DNA of 64,000 nucleotides from Candidatus Binatus soli (GTDB taxonomy: Bacteria > Desulfobacterota > Binatia > Binatales > Binataceae). Position numbers and translations under genes: made by a program. Location: contig DLMJ01000021.1 in NCBI GenBank assembly GCA_002479255.1, positions 68,943 to 132,942 of the forward strand, written 5' to 3'. Positions 63,397 through 64,000 of the stretch are shown piece after piece; position 1 is the stretch's first letter, and every line of letters starts with the position of its first letter. Under the pieces are notes generated by a model. The model saw only the letters and a list, made by a program, of their open reading frames with translations, did no database searches and was not told where the DNA came from.

Positions 63397-63873
63397 CTAA
63401 TGAGTGCCTGACTTTCTCGCCCTCTGCCAAACGCCGCGCTGCATGGCCTGCCACATCGCCTCGATGACAGCGGGCGAGGTGAAGTGAGCGTTCGGTGTCG
63501 AGGCGCGCGCGGCTTCGTATTCGTCCTTGGTCAGAAGTTCACGGAGTTGGTTCGCGACCGGCTGCCATTCCTGCGGCGGGTACGGGCGAAAGGCACCCGG
63601 CATCGCGCCCCATCCCGCGTAGCGGACGAGGATGGATTTTCCCGCTTCGGTCGCGTCGCGGTTTTCTGTTTCGATCAGTTTGAGGGTGCGGATGGCGTCG
63701 ATGTTGGCGAGGGCTTTTTCCCGGAGGCTGCCCTCGCCGATGTGATGGGCTGAGGTTATCCGGAAGTCGCGGGCGGGTGTTTCTTCTTTCTCGGTCTCGA
63801 GTCCGCGAACGATCGTTGCGGCGGGCGGTCCTCGCTCGGCGGGAAGGTCCATTCGCGCGTCACCGTCTCCCAC
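63397..63873 (-). pseudogene. Truncated N-terminus of an ICE/plasmid DNA methylase-SNF2 helicase (DarB-like)
   Basis: KA.ANI.AI..LK.IE.E.R.AT..E...L.RY.GWG...L.ELLT..EY.AARAST.NAH.T; the frame stops before MTase motif I. Confidence 0.75.
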
Positions 63874-64000
63874 GCCGCCTGGTAGTCCATTTTCCAGACC
63901 GAGATCAGTTCGTACAGGAGGTCCCCTGCCCGCTCCTGAGTTTCGTGGAGCGTCTGCTCCAGTTGATGGTTGCTCTGGAGTTCGGCCAGCATCTTCGGGT
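63756..64000 (-). CDS. Hypothetical mobile-element protein; 5' end probably outside the window
   Basis: M.AEL....L...L...QE.....Y....AWE...EW.F.PSE; lies directly upstream of and overlaps the methylase fragment. Confidence 0.5.
   Translation of the reverse strand, partial: PKMLAELQSNHQLEQTLHETQERAGDLLYELISVWKMDYQAAWETVTREWTFPPSEDRPPQRSFADSRPRKKKHPPATSG

Overview
This is a GC-rich bacterial chromosome segment from a diderm organism (TolC, porins, TonB-dependent receptor, lipoproteins). The gene content is reminiscent of Binatia/deltaproteobacteria-like soil bacteria, but I have not verified the taxonomy. I found no rRNA, tRNA, CRISPR array or intact transposase/integrase. Most of the window is metabolic or housekeeping: a Mo/W-associated regulator with a beta-barrel and a TOBE protein, an RND efflux operon, PFOR (nifJ) with a DHOD-like partner, DUF35-thiolase, a Fur-boxed TonB-dependent receptor, a C5-dicarboxylyl-CoA-type operon with a split double-hotdog hydratase, a YCF48-MMPL-ABC-YceI-amidase-ceramidase run, and moaC, trxB, rnhA, glgA and lon. 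The most unusual part is ~34.7-40 kb. There, a family of multi-hairpin repeats with compensatory base changes sits in alternating orientation around cargo genes. A perfect 34-bp inverted repeat brackets a decayed dcm / DUF3883 nuclease / vsr island that also carries a parS-like palindrome. Other items hidden from the ORF track or only partly shown in it: a 58-aa membrane peptide behind a consensus sigma-54 promoter, RHS and DUF899 gene relics, and a truncated ICE-type methylase/helicase at the right edge. All product calls come from motif recognition only; no database searches were run.
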